The notes beneath the pieces were generated by a model, which had not been told where the DNA came from, searched no databases, and saw only the letters and a program-made list of their open reading frames with translations. 61,583 bases of DNA from an uncultured delta proteobacterium (GTDB lineage Bacteria > Myxococcota_A > Polyangia > Polyangiales > Ga0077539). Location: assembly GCA_903845045.1 (NCBI GenBank), contig CAIMWA010000683.1:1-61583 (forward strand), read 5' to 3'. This document shows, piece by piece, positions 37,908 through 47,229 of this stretch. Numbering within the stretch: position 1 is the first letter of the stretch; the number at the start of each line of letters is the position of its first letter. The position numbers and the translations under genes were made by a program.

Positions 37908-39992
37908 GTGAACGAGCAGACGGAGCACGACGACGGTCGGGCGTTCGTCGCGGCGTTGGGCGAGTCCGTGCGGCACGAGGGTCCCTTCGCGGGGACGGCG
38001 GCGGTGCGCGCACGGGCGCTGGGGCGTACGTACCGGGACCTCGTGCGGCTGCTGCGCACGAGCCCCGAGGTGGTGCTGTACAGCGACCGGGCGACGTCGT
38101 TGCACGTCGACGGCATCGGCGGAGCGCGCCTGTCGTTGCGCGGCGCGGCCTCGCCGGTGGTGCGCGCGCTGGTCGAGGCGCTTCGGCGTCGCGACGTGCA
38201 CATGGTGGTGTTCCGTCGCGGGGTCACCGAGGACGCCTTCGTGGCGACGATGGAGATGCTCGGTGCCCCGCAGCCGGAGCGTGCGTCGGCGGACGACGGC
38301 GTGGCCCTCGCCGAGGCGCTGCTCTCGCGGGGCACGCGCGCCGTGGTGGTGGTGCTGGGGCGCGACTGCGGCGACGACGCGACGGTGTCCTGGGCCCCGC
38401 GGGCGGCGCTCGGACGCTTCGTGCGAGACCTGCGCACCGCGCACCGCTTCGGGCTCTGGGTGGCGCCCTGGGAGGGCGTGCGCGACGCGCTGCTGGCCGA
38501 CGCGCTGCGTCCGTTGGGGAGCTCGGCGGACCTGCAGCGCCAGTTTCTCCAGGCGGCGGCGGCGGCGCCGGCGGTGGTCGACGACGGCGGCGAGCTCTCG
38601 CGGGTGCCGGTGCTCACGCTGGCCGTGGGGGGCCTCGACGCGGCGGCGTCCATGGCCGTGTGCCGGAGCCTGCTCGGCGACACCGGCGCGTCCGGCGGAA
38701 CGACCTGGAAGGTGCTCGGCACCGTGGCCCGGCGCCTCCTCGTGGTGGAGCCCGGCGTCGAGCGCGACCGGATGCTGCGAAGGCTCTGCGTGCAGGGCGT
38801 GCTGCGCGCGGAGAACCTACCGACGGAGCTGCAGGAGTGGGTGCTCGCGGAGCGCTGGGTCGACGCGCTGCTGGCCGACCCGCATGCCCCGCTGCCGTTC
38901 GCGCCGAGCGAGACCGGGCTGCTGCGCAAGGCCGTGCGGCATGCGTTGTCGTCGCGGCGGTACCCGCAGGCGCGGGTGGCGGCGGACCTGCTGCGGGACC
39001 TCGACGCGCACGAGGCCGCGCGGCTCTTCGACGCCGAGACGTGCGCCGACGTGGTCGCGGAGTTTCCGGAGGACGGCGAGCGCCGCGGGCAGCTCCAAGG
39101 GTTGCTGGAGGAGGCGGGCGACGCGGCCTTCGACGGGCTGGCGGGGCTCGCGGCGGCGGGCGCGGGCAAGGTCGCCGACGACGCCGCGCGGGTGCTCGAG
39201 CGCCTGGGCAGCCCGGGCATCACGGCGGCGCTGCGGGCGCTGCGCGCGGGGGTCGTGGGCGAGGACGGCGCGGCGGCGCTGCTCGGATGCGTGGGCGTGG
39301 TGCTGGCGCCGGAGCTCGCACCGATGCTGCTGACGTACACGAAGCACCCCGGCGCGCGGGCGCGGTGTGCGGCGCTGAGCCTGCTCGTGGGGGCCGACCT
39401 CGCGGCGGCGCAGGAGCCCGTCGCGCGCGCCGCGCTGGACCCCGCGCCGAGCGTGCGGGCGCGGGCCTTCGCGCTCTGTGCCGGGGCGCGGGTGGCGCAG
39501 GAGCGGCTCGTCCCGCTGGCGCTGGCGGTGGTGTCGAGGGACGGTTCGCGGGAGGAGCCTGAGGTGGTCTGCGCGGCCATCGACGTCGCCGCGCGCGTGG
39601 CCGCCGAAGGCAGCGATCTCTCGTCGCAGGCCGAGGACGCCCTCTGCGTGCTCGTGACGCCGGTGGGCTGGTTCGCGCGGCTCGCGGGGCGCGATCGCAT
39701 GCCGGTGCCGGTGCTCTTCGCGGCGGCGGGCGCCCTCGCGCGGCTCACGACGCCGAAGGCCACGAAGACCCTCGAGTCGCTGGAGCACGACGGCGACCCC
39801 GAGGTCGCGCGCATCTCCCGCGAGGGACGCATCACCGCGCGGGCGCATCGCTCGACGCGTCCGCCGCCGCCGATGCCGTCGATCCCGGCGCCCATCGCGC
39901 GCAACCCCTCGCAGCCGGCGTTGCCCGCGGTGCCGGCGCCCATCGCCCGCGTCGCGTCGCGGCCGTCGATGCCCGTCGCGAAGCCGCGCTGA
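37908..39992 (+). CDS. HEAT/alpha-solenoid repeat protein, paralog 2
   Basis: Shares blocks with paralog 1 (QEWVxAERWVD, TPVGWF, LFAAAGALARLTTPKA); Pro-rich tail. Confidence 0.7.
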   Translation: MNEQTEHDDGRAFVAALGESVRHEGPFAGTAAVRARALGRTYRDLVRLLRTSPEVVLYSDRATSLHVDGIGGARLSLRGAASPVVRALVEALRRRDVHMVVFRRGVTEDAFVATMEMLGAPQPERASADDGVALAEALLSRGTRAVVVVLGRDCGDDATVSWAPRAALGRFVRDLRTAHRFGLWVAPWEGVRDALLADALRPLGSSADLQRQFLQAAAAAPAVVDDGGELSRVPVLTLAVGGLDAAASMAVCRSLLGDTGASGGTTWKVLGTVARRLLVVEPGVERDRMLRRLCVQGVLRAENLPTELQEWVLAERWVDALLADPHAPLPFAPSETGLLRKAVRHALSSRRYPQARVAADLLRDLDAHEAARLFDAETCADVVAEFPEDGERRGQLQGLLEEAGDAAFDGLAGLAAAGAGKVADDAARVLERLGSPGITAALRALRAGVVGEDGAAALLGCVGVVLAPELAPMLLTYTKHPGARARCAALSLLVGADLAAAQEPVARAALDPAPSVRARAFALCAGARVAQERLVPLALAVVSRDGSREEPEVVCAAIDVAARVAAEGSDLSSQAEDALCVLVTPVGWFARLAGRDRMPVPVLFAAAGALARLTTPKATKTLESLEHDGDPEVARISREGRITARAHRSTRPPPPMPSIPAPIARNPSQPALPAVPAPIARVASRPSMPVAKPR

Positions 39993-40172
39993 CGCCGCTC
40001 AGCCGCGCAGGCGGCGGCGCAGGCGATCGCGCTCGGAGTCGAGCCCCGCGAGCTGCGCTCCGGTGCCCACGAACGCGCGAAACACCGCGAGCGCTAAGGC
40101 CACGGTCCTCGGTAGTCGTACGAGAACGCGCGGCCGGGGCCGTCGCAGCTGGGTCTGGGGGCGGGCCCGCGC

Positions 40173-41387
40173 TCACCCCCGCCACAGCCCGTGCACGTGC
40201 AGCACGCTGCGCTCCGCCGGAACGCCGATGCGCAGCGGAAATCCGTAGTGCCCCGTGCCCCGATGCACGTACAGCCGTGACCGCCCCAGCGCCCAAGGAC
40301 CGTGGTCCGGCACCTTGGAGAGCGCCGACACCACGGTGCCCTTCAAGCCGAGGCGCAGCAGCCCGAGCTGGCCGCCGTGCGTGTGTCCCGAGAGCACGAG
40401 CTCCGCGCTGCCCTCGGGAAGGTGCTTGAACGCGCCCGGGTCGTGCAGCATCGCGATGCGAGGAACACCCGCATTGCGCGGAAAGCGCTGGGTCACTTCG
40501 CGAAGGTGCCGCGGGCGATCGCGCCACACGAAATCGAGCCCGAGGATCTCCACCGCGCCCGCCGGCGTGTCGGCCACCGCGAGGTCGTCGACGAGCAGCG
40601 TCACGCCCGCCGCCGCGAGCCCCGCGCGCACCGTGTCGAGGGCCTCGTGGTCGTGGTTTCCGAGGCACGCGTAGCAGCGCCCCGGCAGGCTCTTCAACGG
40701 AGCGAGGGCCGCCGTGAGCCACGCCGGGTCGCGCTGCGACTCCATGGTGAGAAGATCACCGGTGAGCAGCACGAGGTCGGGGTCGCGGGCCACGGCGCGC
40801 GCGCAGATGGCGTGCAGCCCCGCCACCGACATGAACGGTCCGAGGTGCGGATCGGTGATCTGCAGCACGCGCAGCGGACGCTCGTCGCGCGCGCCCTCGA
40901 CGTGGTGGCGGCGCAGCGCCGGCACCGTCGCGCCGTCGAGGAAGAGGTCGCGCTCGTCCTCGGCGGCCCAGAGCGAGTCGACGAGGCCCGCGACGGCGAC
41001 GGCGAAGGGGATCCACGCGCCCCACGGGTGAAAGCCGAGGCCCCGCGCGACGCTCCACGGCACCGACAGGAACACCGCCGCGCCGAACCACGAGCCCGGG
41101 ATGCTCACCAGCGTGCGGTAGAGCGGTCCGCGCAGCGTGGGGCGGGCGAGCATGGCGTAGTGCACGAACACCACGGCCTGCAGGTAGGCGAAGAGCGGCC
41201 AGAGCGAGCCCGACAGCGGCGCGAGGCTCCGCGACGACGCGACGTGGATGCCCAGCAGCACGCTGAGGAACATCGCGAAGGGGCGCCCGCGCACGGTGTA
41301 CGCGAGGAGCACGACGGCGACCCAGCCGACGAGGCTTCCGACGGTCAGCGCCGTCGTCGGAACGGGGGGCAGATGCATGGCCGGCAA
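40173..41387 (-). CDS. Membrane-anchored calcineurin-like metallophosphoesterase (YkuE/YaeI-like)
   Basis: DPHLG, GDLL, GNHDH and GHTHGGQ motifs; N-terminal TMs. Start may be 41378. Confidence 0.88.
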   Translation of the reverse strand: MPAMHLPPVPTTALTVGSLVGWVAVVLLAYTVRGRPFAMFLSVLLGIHVASSRSLAPLSGSLWPLFAYLQAVVFVHYAMLARPTLRGPLYRTLVSIPGSWFGAAVFLSVPWSVARGLGFHPWGAWIPFAVAVAGLVDSLWAAEDERDLFLDGATVPALRRHHVEGARDERPLRVLQITDPHLGPFMSVAGLHAICARAVARDPDLVLLTGDLLTMESQRDPAWLTAALAPLKSLPGRCYACLGNHDHEALDTVRAGLAAAGVTLLVDDLAVADTPAGAVEILGLDFVWRDRPRHLREVTQRFPRNAGVPRIAMLHDPGAFKHLPEGSAELVLSGHTHGGQLGLLRLGLKGTVVSALSKVPDHGPWALGRSRLYVHRGTGHYGFPLRIGVPAERSVLHVHGLWRG

Positions 41388-41424
41388 CCATAGCCAGCGA
41401 AGCAGGTTTCGTCCCGTGACGGCG

Positions 41425-43074
41425 TCACGAAGCGTCGCAGAGCCCGAGCATGGCGAGGCCCGGCGGGGCCGTTCCGTGCGGTCCTTCGTGGCACACCGGG
41501 GCGACGGTGGAGCGGGCCTCGGCGTCGCGGCCGCGCTGCATCAGCACCTGCGCGAGCAGCGTGCGAACGGCCACCTCGAGGCGGCGGTCGGTGAACTGCG
41601 TCTGCAGCACGCGGGTCTCGGCGAGGGCGGCGCGAAGATCTTCCTCCGCCCCCGTGGCGTTGCCGGCGTCGAGGCGCCGCGTGGCGCGCACGTAGCGGGC
41701 CCGCGGGTCCCGGGGATAGCGGCGCACCAGGTCGTCGACGGACTCCATCGCCGCCTCGCCGGCAGCCGCGCGCTCGACCTGCTCCTGCGGGGCCAGGGCC
41801 GTGAGCGCCGTGCGTGCCTGTGCGACGCCCGACACGCCCCAGGCGAGCATCAACGCCCCGGCCACCACTACCGCCTTCGCGAGCAAAGCGCCCCGGGGGA
41901 GCGGGCTCGTGCGATCCCAGGTCTTCCAGAGCGCGAGGCCCGCGAGGGCGCCGACGACGGCACCGCCGAAGTGCGCCGCGTAGTCGACGTGGGCCCCCGT
42001 CGCCGACGCCAGCGGAAGCAGCGACGGAACGAGCACCCGCGCCATGGCACCCTGCACGTTCGTGCGCGCCGCGCCCTCGGGCAGGCGCATGGCCGCGACG
42101 AGCGTCGCCGCGAGGAGCCCCATGATGGCCCCCGACGCGCCCACGCTCACCACCGAGGGACCGTTGAGCAGCAGTCCCATGGCCGATCCGCCGAGGGCGC
42201 CGAGGACGAAGAGCGCTGCGAGCCAAGCCCGCCCGACGAGCCGCTCGAGCACGGCGCCGGCCATGTACAGCGCGAGGCCGTTCATGAGCAGGTGCACCGG
42301 CGATCCGTGGAGCAGCGCCGCGGTGAGCATGCGCCAGCCCTCGTGGTCGCGGAGCACGGCGTCGCGCGTGAGGGCGCCGAGGGAGAGCACGGTGCCGAGG
42401 TCCGGCGAGTAGCTCGAGGAGGCGGCGGGGCGTGCCGCGAGCTCGCCGACGAACACCGCCGCGAGCGCCGCGAGAATGCCCACGGTGAGCAGCGGACGCG
42501 TCACCGACGCATCGCCCGCGGGGACGCCCTCGGCGGCGGCGAGGTCCTCGTCGGCGACGCGGGGCGACGAGAGCACCGAGCGCAGCCAACGCTTTCCGGG
42601 GTGCTGGGCCTGGAGCCAGCGGGCGGTGGTCCACACGCGCTGCGACGCATCGGCGGCGGCGGGGTCGAGCACCCACCCGGTCACGCCGACGCGGGCGACG
42701 CCGGTCGGTCGATGCAGCGCCGAGAGCGCCTCGCGCCGCGATGCCGACGCCTGGGCGTTCACGTGCCAGAGCTGGATGCCGACGGGCAGCCGCGCTCCGT
42801 TGTACGTCGGCGCGTAGCGCGAGCACGCGGCGCCGAGGCTCACGAGCTGCGCCTGGGTGAGCGCGAAGGGGCGCGCGCAGGCGCCGTCGCGGCGGTCGTG
42901 ATCGACGATTGCGATCATCACGAAGCCCGTGCCGTTGTCGAGCGTGAGCAGCCGGTCGACGGCGGCGGCGAGCGGCGCGGCCTCGGGAACGTGGCCCTCG
43001 ACGAAGCCCTTCTGCGCGACGAGGCGGCGCACGAGGTACGCCGCGAGCGGTTCGTTCTCGGGAGGGGCCGCCAT
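41425..43074 (-). CDS. Rhomboid intramembrane serine protease with extra N- and C-terminal domains
   Basis: WRMLTAALLHG..HLLMN, GASG (Ser) and AHFGG (His) motifs. Confidence 0.85.
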   Translation of the reverse strand: MAAPPENEPLAAYLVRRLVAQKGFVEGHVPEAAPLAAAVDRLLTLDNGTGFVMIAIVDHDRRDGACARPFALTQAQLVSLGAACSRYAPTYNGARLPVGIQLWHVNAQASASRREALSALHRPTGVARVGVTGWVLDPAAADASQRVWTTARWLQAQHPGKRWLRSVLSSPRVADEDLAAAEGVPAGDASVTRPLLTVGILAALAAVFVGELAARPAASSSYSPDLGTVLSLGALTRDAVLRDHEGWRMLTAALLHGSPVHLLMNGLALYMAGAVLERLVGRAWLAALFVLGALGGSAMGLLLNGPSVVSVGASGAIMGLLAATLVAAMRLPEGAARTNVQGAMARVLVPSLLPLASATGAHVDYAAHFGGAVVGALAGLALWKTWDRTSPLPRGALLAKAVVVAGALMLAWGVSGVAQARTALTALAPQEQVERAAAGEAAMESVDDLVRRYPRDPRARYVRATRRLDAGNATGAEEDLRAALAETRVLQTQFTDRRLEVAVRTLLAQVLMQRGRDAEARSTVAPVCHEGPHGTAPPGLAMLGLCDAS

Positions 43075-43096
43075 GGGGGCGCGGACTCTACCTCAT

Positions 43097-43307
43097 GGGG
43101 ACACAGTTACGTTGTTGCACTCCCGGGGGCTCTCCCCGGGGACACAGTTACGTTGTTGCATCCACTGCCCGGCGCGGTCGGCCGATGGACCGCGCGCGCT
43201 CCGGTGCCGACGCGGGCCCCGCGCACCGATCGTGGTCGCGGGGAGTGCAACAATGTAACTGTGTCCCCGGTGCGCGGCCGCGAACGCAACAACGTAACAC
43301 TGTCCCC
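43097..43307. repeat. GGGGAC-23mer repeat locus C (+43097, +43138, -43246, -43285)
   Basis: Two exact forward copies and two reverse copies (1 and 3 mismatches) fill the divergent rhomboid/kinase intergenic region. Confidence 0.95.
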
Positions 43308-43334
43308 GTGACCCCCTCGACCCTCCCGGAGACG

Positions 43335-44345
43335 ATGCTGCGCCTGCGACGCACGCTGCTTCTAGCGGCCATCGTGCCGTGCGTGGCGGCGGTGCCCGGC
43401 GCGCTGCATCGTCCGTGGGCCCTCGCGTTGGCCGCGCTGGGAGCGATCGCCGCCGTCGCCCTCGCGGAGCAGCTTCGACGCGCCCTCGCCGCGGAGACCG
43501 ACGGGGCCGCGCAACGGCTCCGCGCCCTCGCCCGCGACACCCCCGCGGAGCCCCGCGACGGGGGCGCCTTCGACCGCGCCGTCGATGCCTGGAGCGCCCG
43601 CTTCGCCGAGGAGCGCACCCGGCACCGCGACGCCCTCGCGAGACTCGAGGAGACCGAGCGCCGCCGCGAGGCGTGGCTCAGCACCCTGCGTCACGAGCTG
43701 CGCACGCCGCTCAACGCCATCGTGGGGTTCACCGAGCTGCTCTCCGCCGAGGTCGAGGGCCCCCTCACCGACGCCCAGCGCGAGGACGTCGGCACCATCG
43801 CCAGCGCCAGCGCCCACCTGCGCCGCCTCGTCGAGGACGTCTTCGACCTGTCGGCGATGACCACCGGGACGTTTCCCATCACCCGCGCGCGCACCGACGT
43901 GGCCGCCGTGGTGCGCGACGTCGTGCGCGAGGCGACGGGACTCGCCCGCACCCGCAACGTCACGCTGCACGCCGACACGCCCGCCGAGGCCGTCGCCTGG
44001 GTCGACCCCGTCGCCGTGCGCCGCGCCCTCACGAACCTCGTCGTGAACGCCATCGAGCACGCCGGCGGCGCCGTCGACGTCACCCTCTCCGTCAGCCCCG
44101 CGACGCTCACCGTCGCCGTGCGCGACAACGGTCCAGGCATCGCGCCGGGCGAGCTGCGGCGGCTGTTTCGCCCCTTCGAGCGCGGACGCACCGCCGAGGC
44201 CCGCGGCGCCGGGCTCGGCCTCGCCATCACCCTCGGCCTCGTCGAGGTCCACGGCGGAACGCTCTCGGCGCAGCCCAACGCCGACCGCGGAAGCACCTTC
44301 AGCGTCACCCTTCCCGCGGGCATGGTCCCCCTCGAGGCGCCGTGA
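43335..44345 (+). CDS. Membrane sensor histidine kinase
   Basis: H-box RHELRTPL, N-box NLVVNA, G1 DNGPGI, F-box LFRPF, G2 GLGLAI. Confidence 0.88.
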   Translation: MLRLRRTLLLAAIVPCVAAVPGALHRPWALALAALGAIAAVALAEQLRRALAAETDGAAQRLRALARDTPAEPRDGGAFDRAVDAWSARFAEERTRHRDALARLEETERRREAWLSTLRHELRTPLNAIVGFTELLSAEVEGPLTDAQREDVGTIASASAHLRRLVEDVFDLSAMTTGTFPITRARTDVAAVVRDVVREATGLARTRNVTLHADTPAEAVAWVDPVAVRRALTNLVVNAIEHAGGAVDVTLSVSPATLTVAVRDNGPGIAPGELRRLFRPFERGRTAEARGAGLGLAITLGLVEVHGGTLSAQPNADRGSTFSVTLPAGMVPLEAP

Positions 44346-45343
44346 CGGCCCCGACGCGTTCGCTCCCGTGGCGCTGCGCCCTCGCCCTCGCACTTCCGTG
44401 GGCCCTCGCCGGCGCCGCCGCCTTCGCCCACGCACCGGCCGTCGGCGCCCTCGCAGGACTGCTCCTCGGCGCAGCCCTCGGTGCGGTGCTCGGAACGCGG
44501 CTGCGCGACGACCTCGCCGAGCGCGCGACGGCCCTCGGTGCCGGCGCGGGCGGGCGCGGCGACGACCTCGGCGCGGCCCTCGACGAGGCGGCGGCTGCGA
44601 TGGCCGCGATGAAGGCCGACCAGCGCCGCGCCATCACCACGCGGCTCGAAGGGGCACGGCTCCGGGCGTTCGTCCTCGCGGGCGTGAGCCATGATCTCCG
44701 CGGTCCGCTCAACAGCCTCGTGGGGTTCACGGAGATCCTGCGCGAAGGGGTCGATGGTCCGCTCACCGAGGCGCAGGCCGAGAGCGTCGAGGCGCTGGCC
44801 CGCGGGGGGCGCGCGCTGCTCCGGCGCGTCGACGACCTGCTCGACGCCGCCCGCCTCGACGCCGGACGCATGACCCTCGACCGCGTCACCGTGCCGCTGC
44901 GCGAGCTCCTCGAGGCCGCCCGCGCCGTGGCCCTCGAGCGCCTCGGCGACACGCTCCCGGACCCCGACGGCGTGCGCATCGACGGAGCCCTCGACGGAAC
45001 CCTCGTCGCCGACCGCGCGCGCATGGCCCAGGCCCTCGGCGCCGTGCTCGCCTTCGCCCGCACCGCCGCCCCGGACCGCGCCCGCGCCGAGGTGCGCCGC
45101 GACCCGACGGGACAGCCCGTGCTCACCGTGTCCATCCCCGGCACCGCCGCCCTGCGCGCGTGGCTCGAGGACCCCTTGGAGGTCCCCCCGGCGGGCGTGC
45201 GCGCACCCGTCGGTCTCGGCCTCGCGGTGAGCGTCGCGCGGCGCATCCTCGCTCTCCACGGCGGAGCCCTCGACACCGGCGAGGCCGCCGACGGACACCT
45301 CACCCTGCGCGCGCGCCTCGGCGGCGACGCCCCCACGACCTGA
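44342..45343 (+). CDS. Histidine-kinase-like protein with intact H-box but degenerate ATPase domain
   Basis: SHDLRGPLNS is intact. The N-box Asn is absent (AQALGAVLAFA), there is no DxGxG, and G2 GLGL is retained. GTGA-coupled. Confidence 0.75.
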   Translation: MTAPTRSLPWRCALALALPWALAGAAAFAHAPAVGALAGLLLGAALGAVLGTRLRDDLAERATALGAGAGGRGDDLGAALDEAAAAMAAMKADQRRAITTRLEGARLRAFVLAGVSHDLRGPLNSLVGFTEILREGVDGPLTEAQAESVEALARGGRALLRRVDDLLDAARLDAGRMTLDRVTVPLRELLEAARAVALERLGDTLPDPDGVRIDGALDGTLVADRARMAQALGAVLAFARTAAPDRARAEVRRDPTGQPVLTVSIPGTAALRAWLEDPLEVPPAGVRAPVGLGLAVSVARRILALHGGALDTGEAADGHLTLRARLGGDAPTT

Positions 45344-45349
45344 GCCCGC

Positions 45350-46249
45350 TCAGCGCGGCGCCGCGTCGTACGCGCAGCGAAAGCCCAGGTTCGTGAACGA
45401 CGACCGCGGAAGGTTGTGCCCGCGGTACCAGAGCCCGAAGCCGTCGCACGTTCCGTGGCCGCACCACCACGAGCCGCCGCGCACCACGCGATACACGGCG
45501 CCCGCGCTCGCCCCGGCGTCGATGCCTCGCGCGGCAGCGGCGTAGGCGTCGCGGCGGTAGGCGTCGGAGGTCCATTGCCACACGTTGCCCACGGCGTCGT
45601 AGAAGCCCCAGGCGTTGGGTGCGAAGGCGCGCACCGGCGACACGTAGACCCAGCCGTCGGCACGGTCGTTGTGCGCGTGGCTCGCGCCCTGCCAGAAGTT
45701 CAGCCGCGGACGACCCTGCGCGTCCATCGGCGACGCGCCCCACGGAAAGCGCGTCCCGGCGGAGCCCGCGCGCATCGCGTACTCCCACTCGGCCTCGGTG
45801 GGCAGCCGTCCGTGGCTCCACGCGCAGTACGCCACGGCGTCGTCGAAGGAGACGAGCACCACCGGCGCGTCGTCGCGGAGAAAGGTCCGCGTGTCGTCGT
45901 TCTCCACGCCGAAGGGGCGGCGCCACGACGCGTGCGGCTCGCGCTGCCACGCCCAGTCCTCGAAGCCCTCGTAGGAGACCGTTCCGTAGCGCGTGCGCTC
46001 GGCCTCGGTGACGTGCCCCGTCGCCGTCACGAAGCGCCCGAAGGCGCCGCGCGTCACCAGCGTCGCGTCGAGGCAGAACGCCCCCACCGACACATGGTGC
46101 ACAGGACCTTCGTCGGGGCGGGAGCTCCCGGCGTGACCTTGCTCGAAGGTGCCCGCGGCGAGGCAGCGCACGTCGTCGCGCGGGGACTGTGCCGACGCCG
46201 TCGCCGACGCCAGCAGCACCGCCGCGGCGATCGCGAACGGTGGCTTCAT
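45350..46249 (-). CDS. Formylglycine-generating enzyme (FGE/SUMF1) family protein
   Basis: PVVLVSFDDA.AYC.W..GRLPTEAEWEYA, PNAWG.YD..GNVWQW and RGGSWWCGHGTC motifs; signal peptide. Confidence 0.85.
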   Translation of the reverse strand: MKPPFAIAAAVLLASATASAQSPRDDVRCLAAGTFEQGHAGSSRPDEGPVHHVSVGAFCLDATLVTRGAFGRFVTATGHVTEAERTRYGTVSYEGFEDWAWQREPHASWRRPFGVENDDTRTFLRDDAPVVLVSFDDAVAYCAWSHGRLPTEAEWEYAMRAGSAGTRFPWGASPMDAQGRPRLNFWQGASHAHNDRADGWVYVSPVRAFAPNAWGFYDAVGNVWQWTSDAYRRDAYAAAARGIDAGASAGAVYRVVRGGSWWCGHGTCDGFGLWYRGHNLPRSSFTNLGFRCAYDAAPR

Positions 46250-47055
46250 CGATCCGTCGTGGTCGACGCGTCGCCGGGTCCCGCGTCGCTCCCGTCATCC
46301 GCCGACCCCTCGCCGGGCAGCGACGGACCGTCTTCCCCAGAGGTCATGCACAGCGCCTGCTCGTCCTCGGAGCAGTGCCCGCGGCGCCCCATGCAGTTCA
46401 TCGTGCACGCGTCGGAGTCGGCGTTGCGGCACGCGACGTGGCATCGACGGCACCACCCGAGGCAATGGTCGGCGCGGTACCGGCGCACGAGGGCCGCGTT
46501 GCACGCGTTCGTGCGCGCCATGCAGCCGGCCGACAGGCAGCGGTCCTTGGCGGCGACGGCGTCGTCGAGGCATGCGGCCTCGGAGCGCGCGCACGCGAGG
46601 CGGCACACGTCCGTCGTGCACGTCGACGCGCACGTCACCGCGGCGGAGCGGCACCGCGTCTCGCCCGCATCGCAGGTGTGCATGCACGCCGTGCGGCACG
46701 GAAGGTCCCGCGTGAAGCACGGGTCCGGCTCGCACGACTGCGGGTCCACGTCGCCCGCGCAGCCGTAGATGTTCGCGGGCATCTCGTCGGGGTCGCGTTG
46801 CGCGAAGCTCCACGCGGGGCTGCGCACGAGCTCCCGGAGCACCGGCTCGTCGCGGTACGCCGCCGCGTTCTCGAGGGTCATCGGCACGTCGTCGTCGTCG
46901 ACCCCCGCGTCCGTCGACACCGCGGGCGCGGGCGACACCGAGGCGTCCATGACGGCGACGGGTCGCGGGGCGGCGGCGGGGCTCTGCGGGGCGCGCGGCG
47001 TGCGGCACCCGAGGAGCGCCATGAGCAACACGAACTTCGGCGAAGGCTTCGACAT
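46246..47055 (-). CDS. Cys-rich helical lipoprotein
   Basis: Lipobox LLGC; many CxxxC pairs; acidic tail; ATGA-coupled to the FGE gene. Confidence 0.65.
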   Translation of the reverse strand: MSKPSPKFVLLMALLGCRTPRAPQSPAAAPRPVAVMDASVSPAPAVSTDAGVDDDDVPMTLENAAAYRDEPVLRELVRSPAWSFAQRDPDEMPANIYGCAGDVDPQSCEPDPCFTRDLPCRTACMHTCDAGETRCRSAAVTCASTCTTDVCRLACARSEAACLDDAVAAKDRCLSAGCMARTNACNAALVRRYRADHCLGWCRRCHVACRNADSDACTMNCMGRRGHCSEDEQALCMTSGEDGPSLPGEGSADDGSDAGPGDASTTTDR

Positions 47056-47147
47056 CTCGGGCTCAGGGCTCCCTCGGGGCGTCGGCCCCGCGAACGCGGC
47101 GGTTCTCGCACGCAGGGCGCGGTCCGCAAACGGCGTCCGGGCGTGAG

Positions 47148-47170
47148 TGCAACAACGTAACTCTGTCCCC
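47148..47170 (-). repeat. GGGGAC-23mer repeat locus D (single copy, 1 mismatch)
   Basis: TGCAACAACGTAACTCTGTCCCC in the divergent intergenic region. Confidence 0.9.
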
Positions 47171-47229
47171 AGCACGGCGGACCCGTGGTAGACGAAACCA
47201 CACGCCCGCCTCCCGCAGCGACACGACCG

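Noticed and set aside
39993-40172. ORF 40063-40248 between convergent genes
   Set aside because: No RBS or motifs, and it overlaps the end of the metallophosphoesterase gene.
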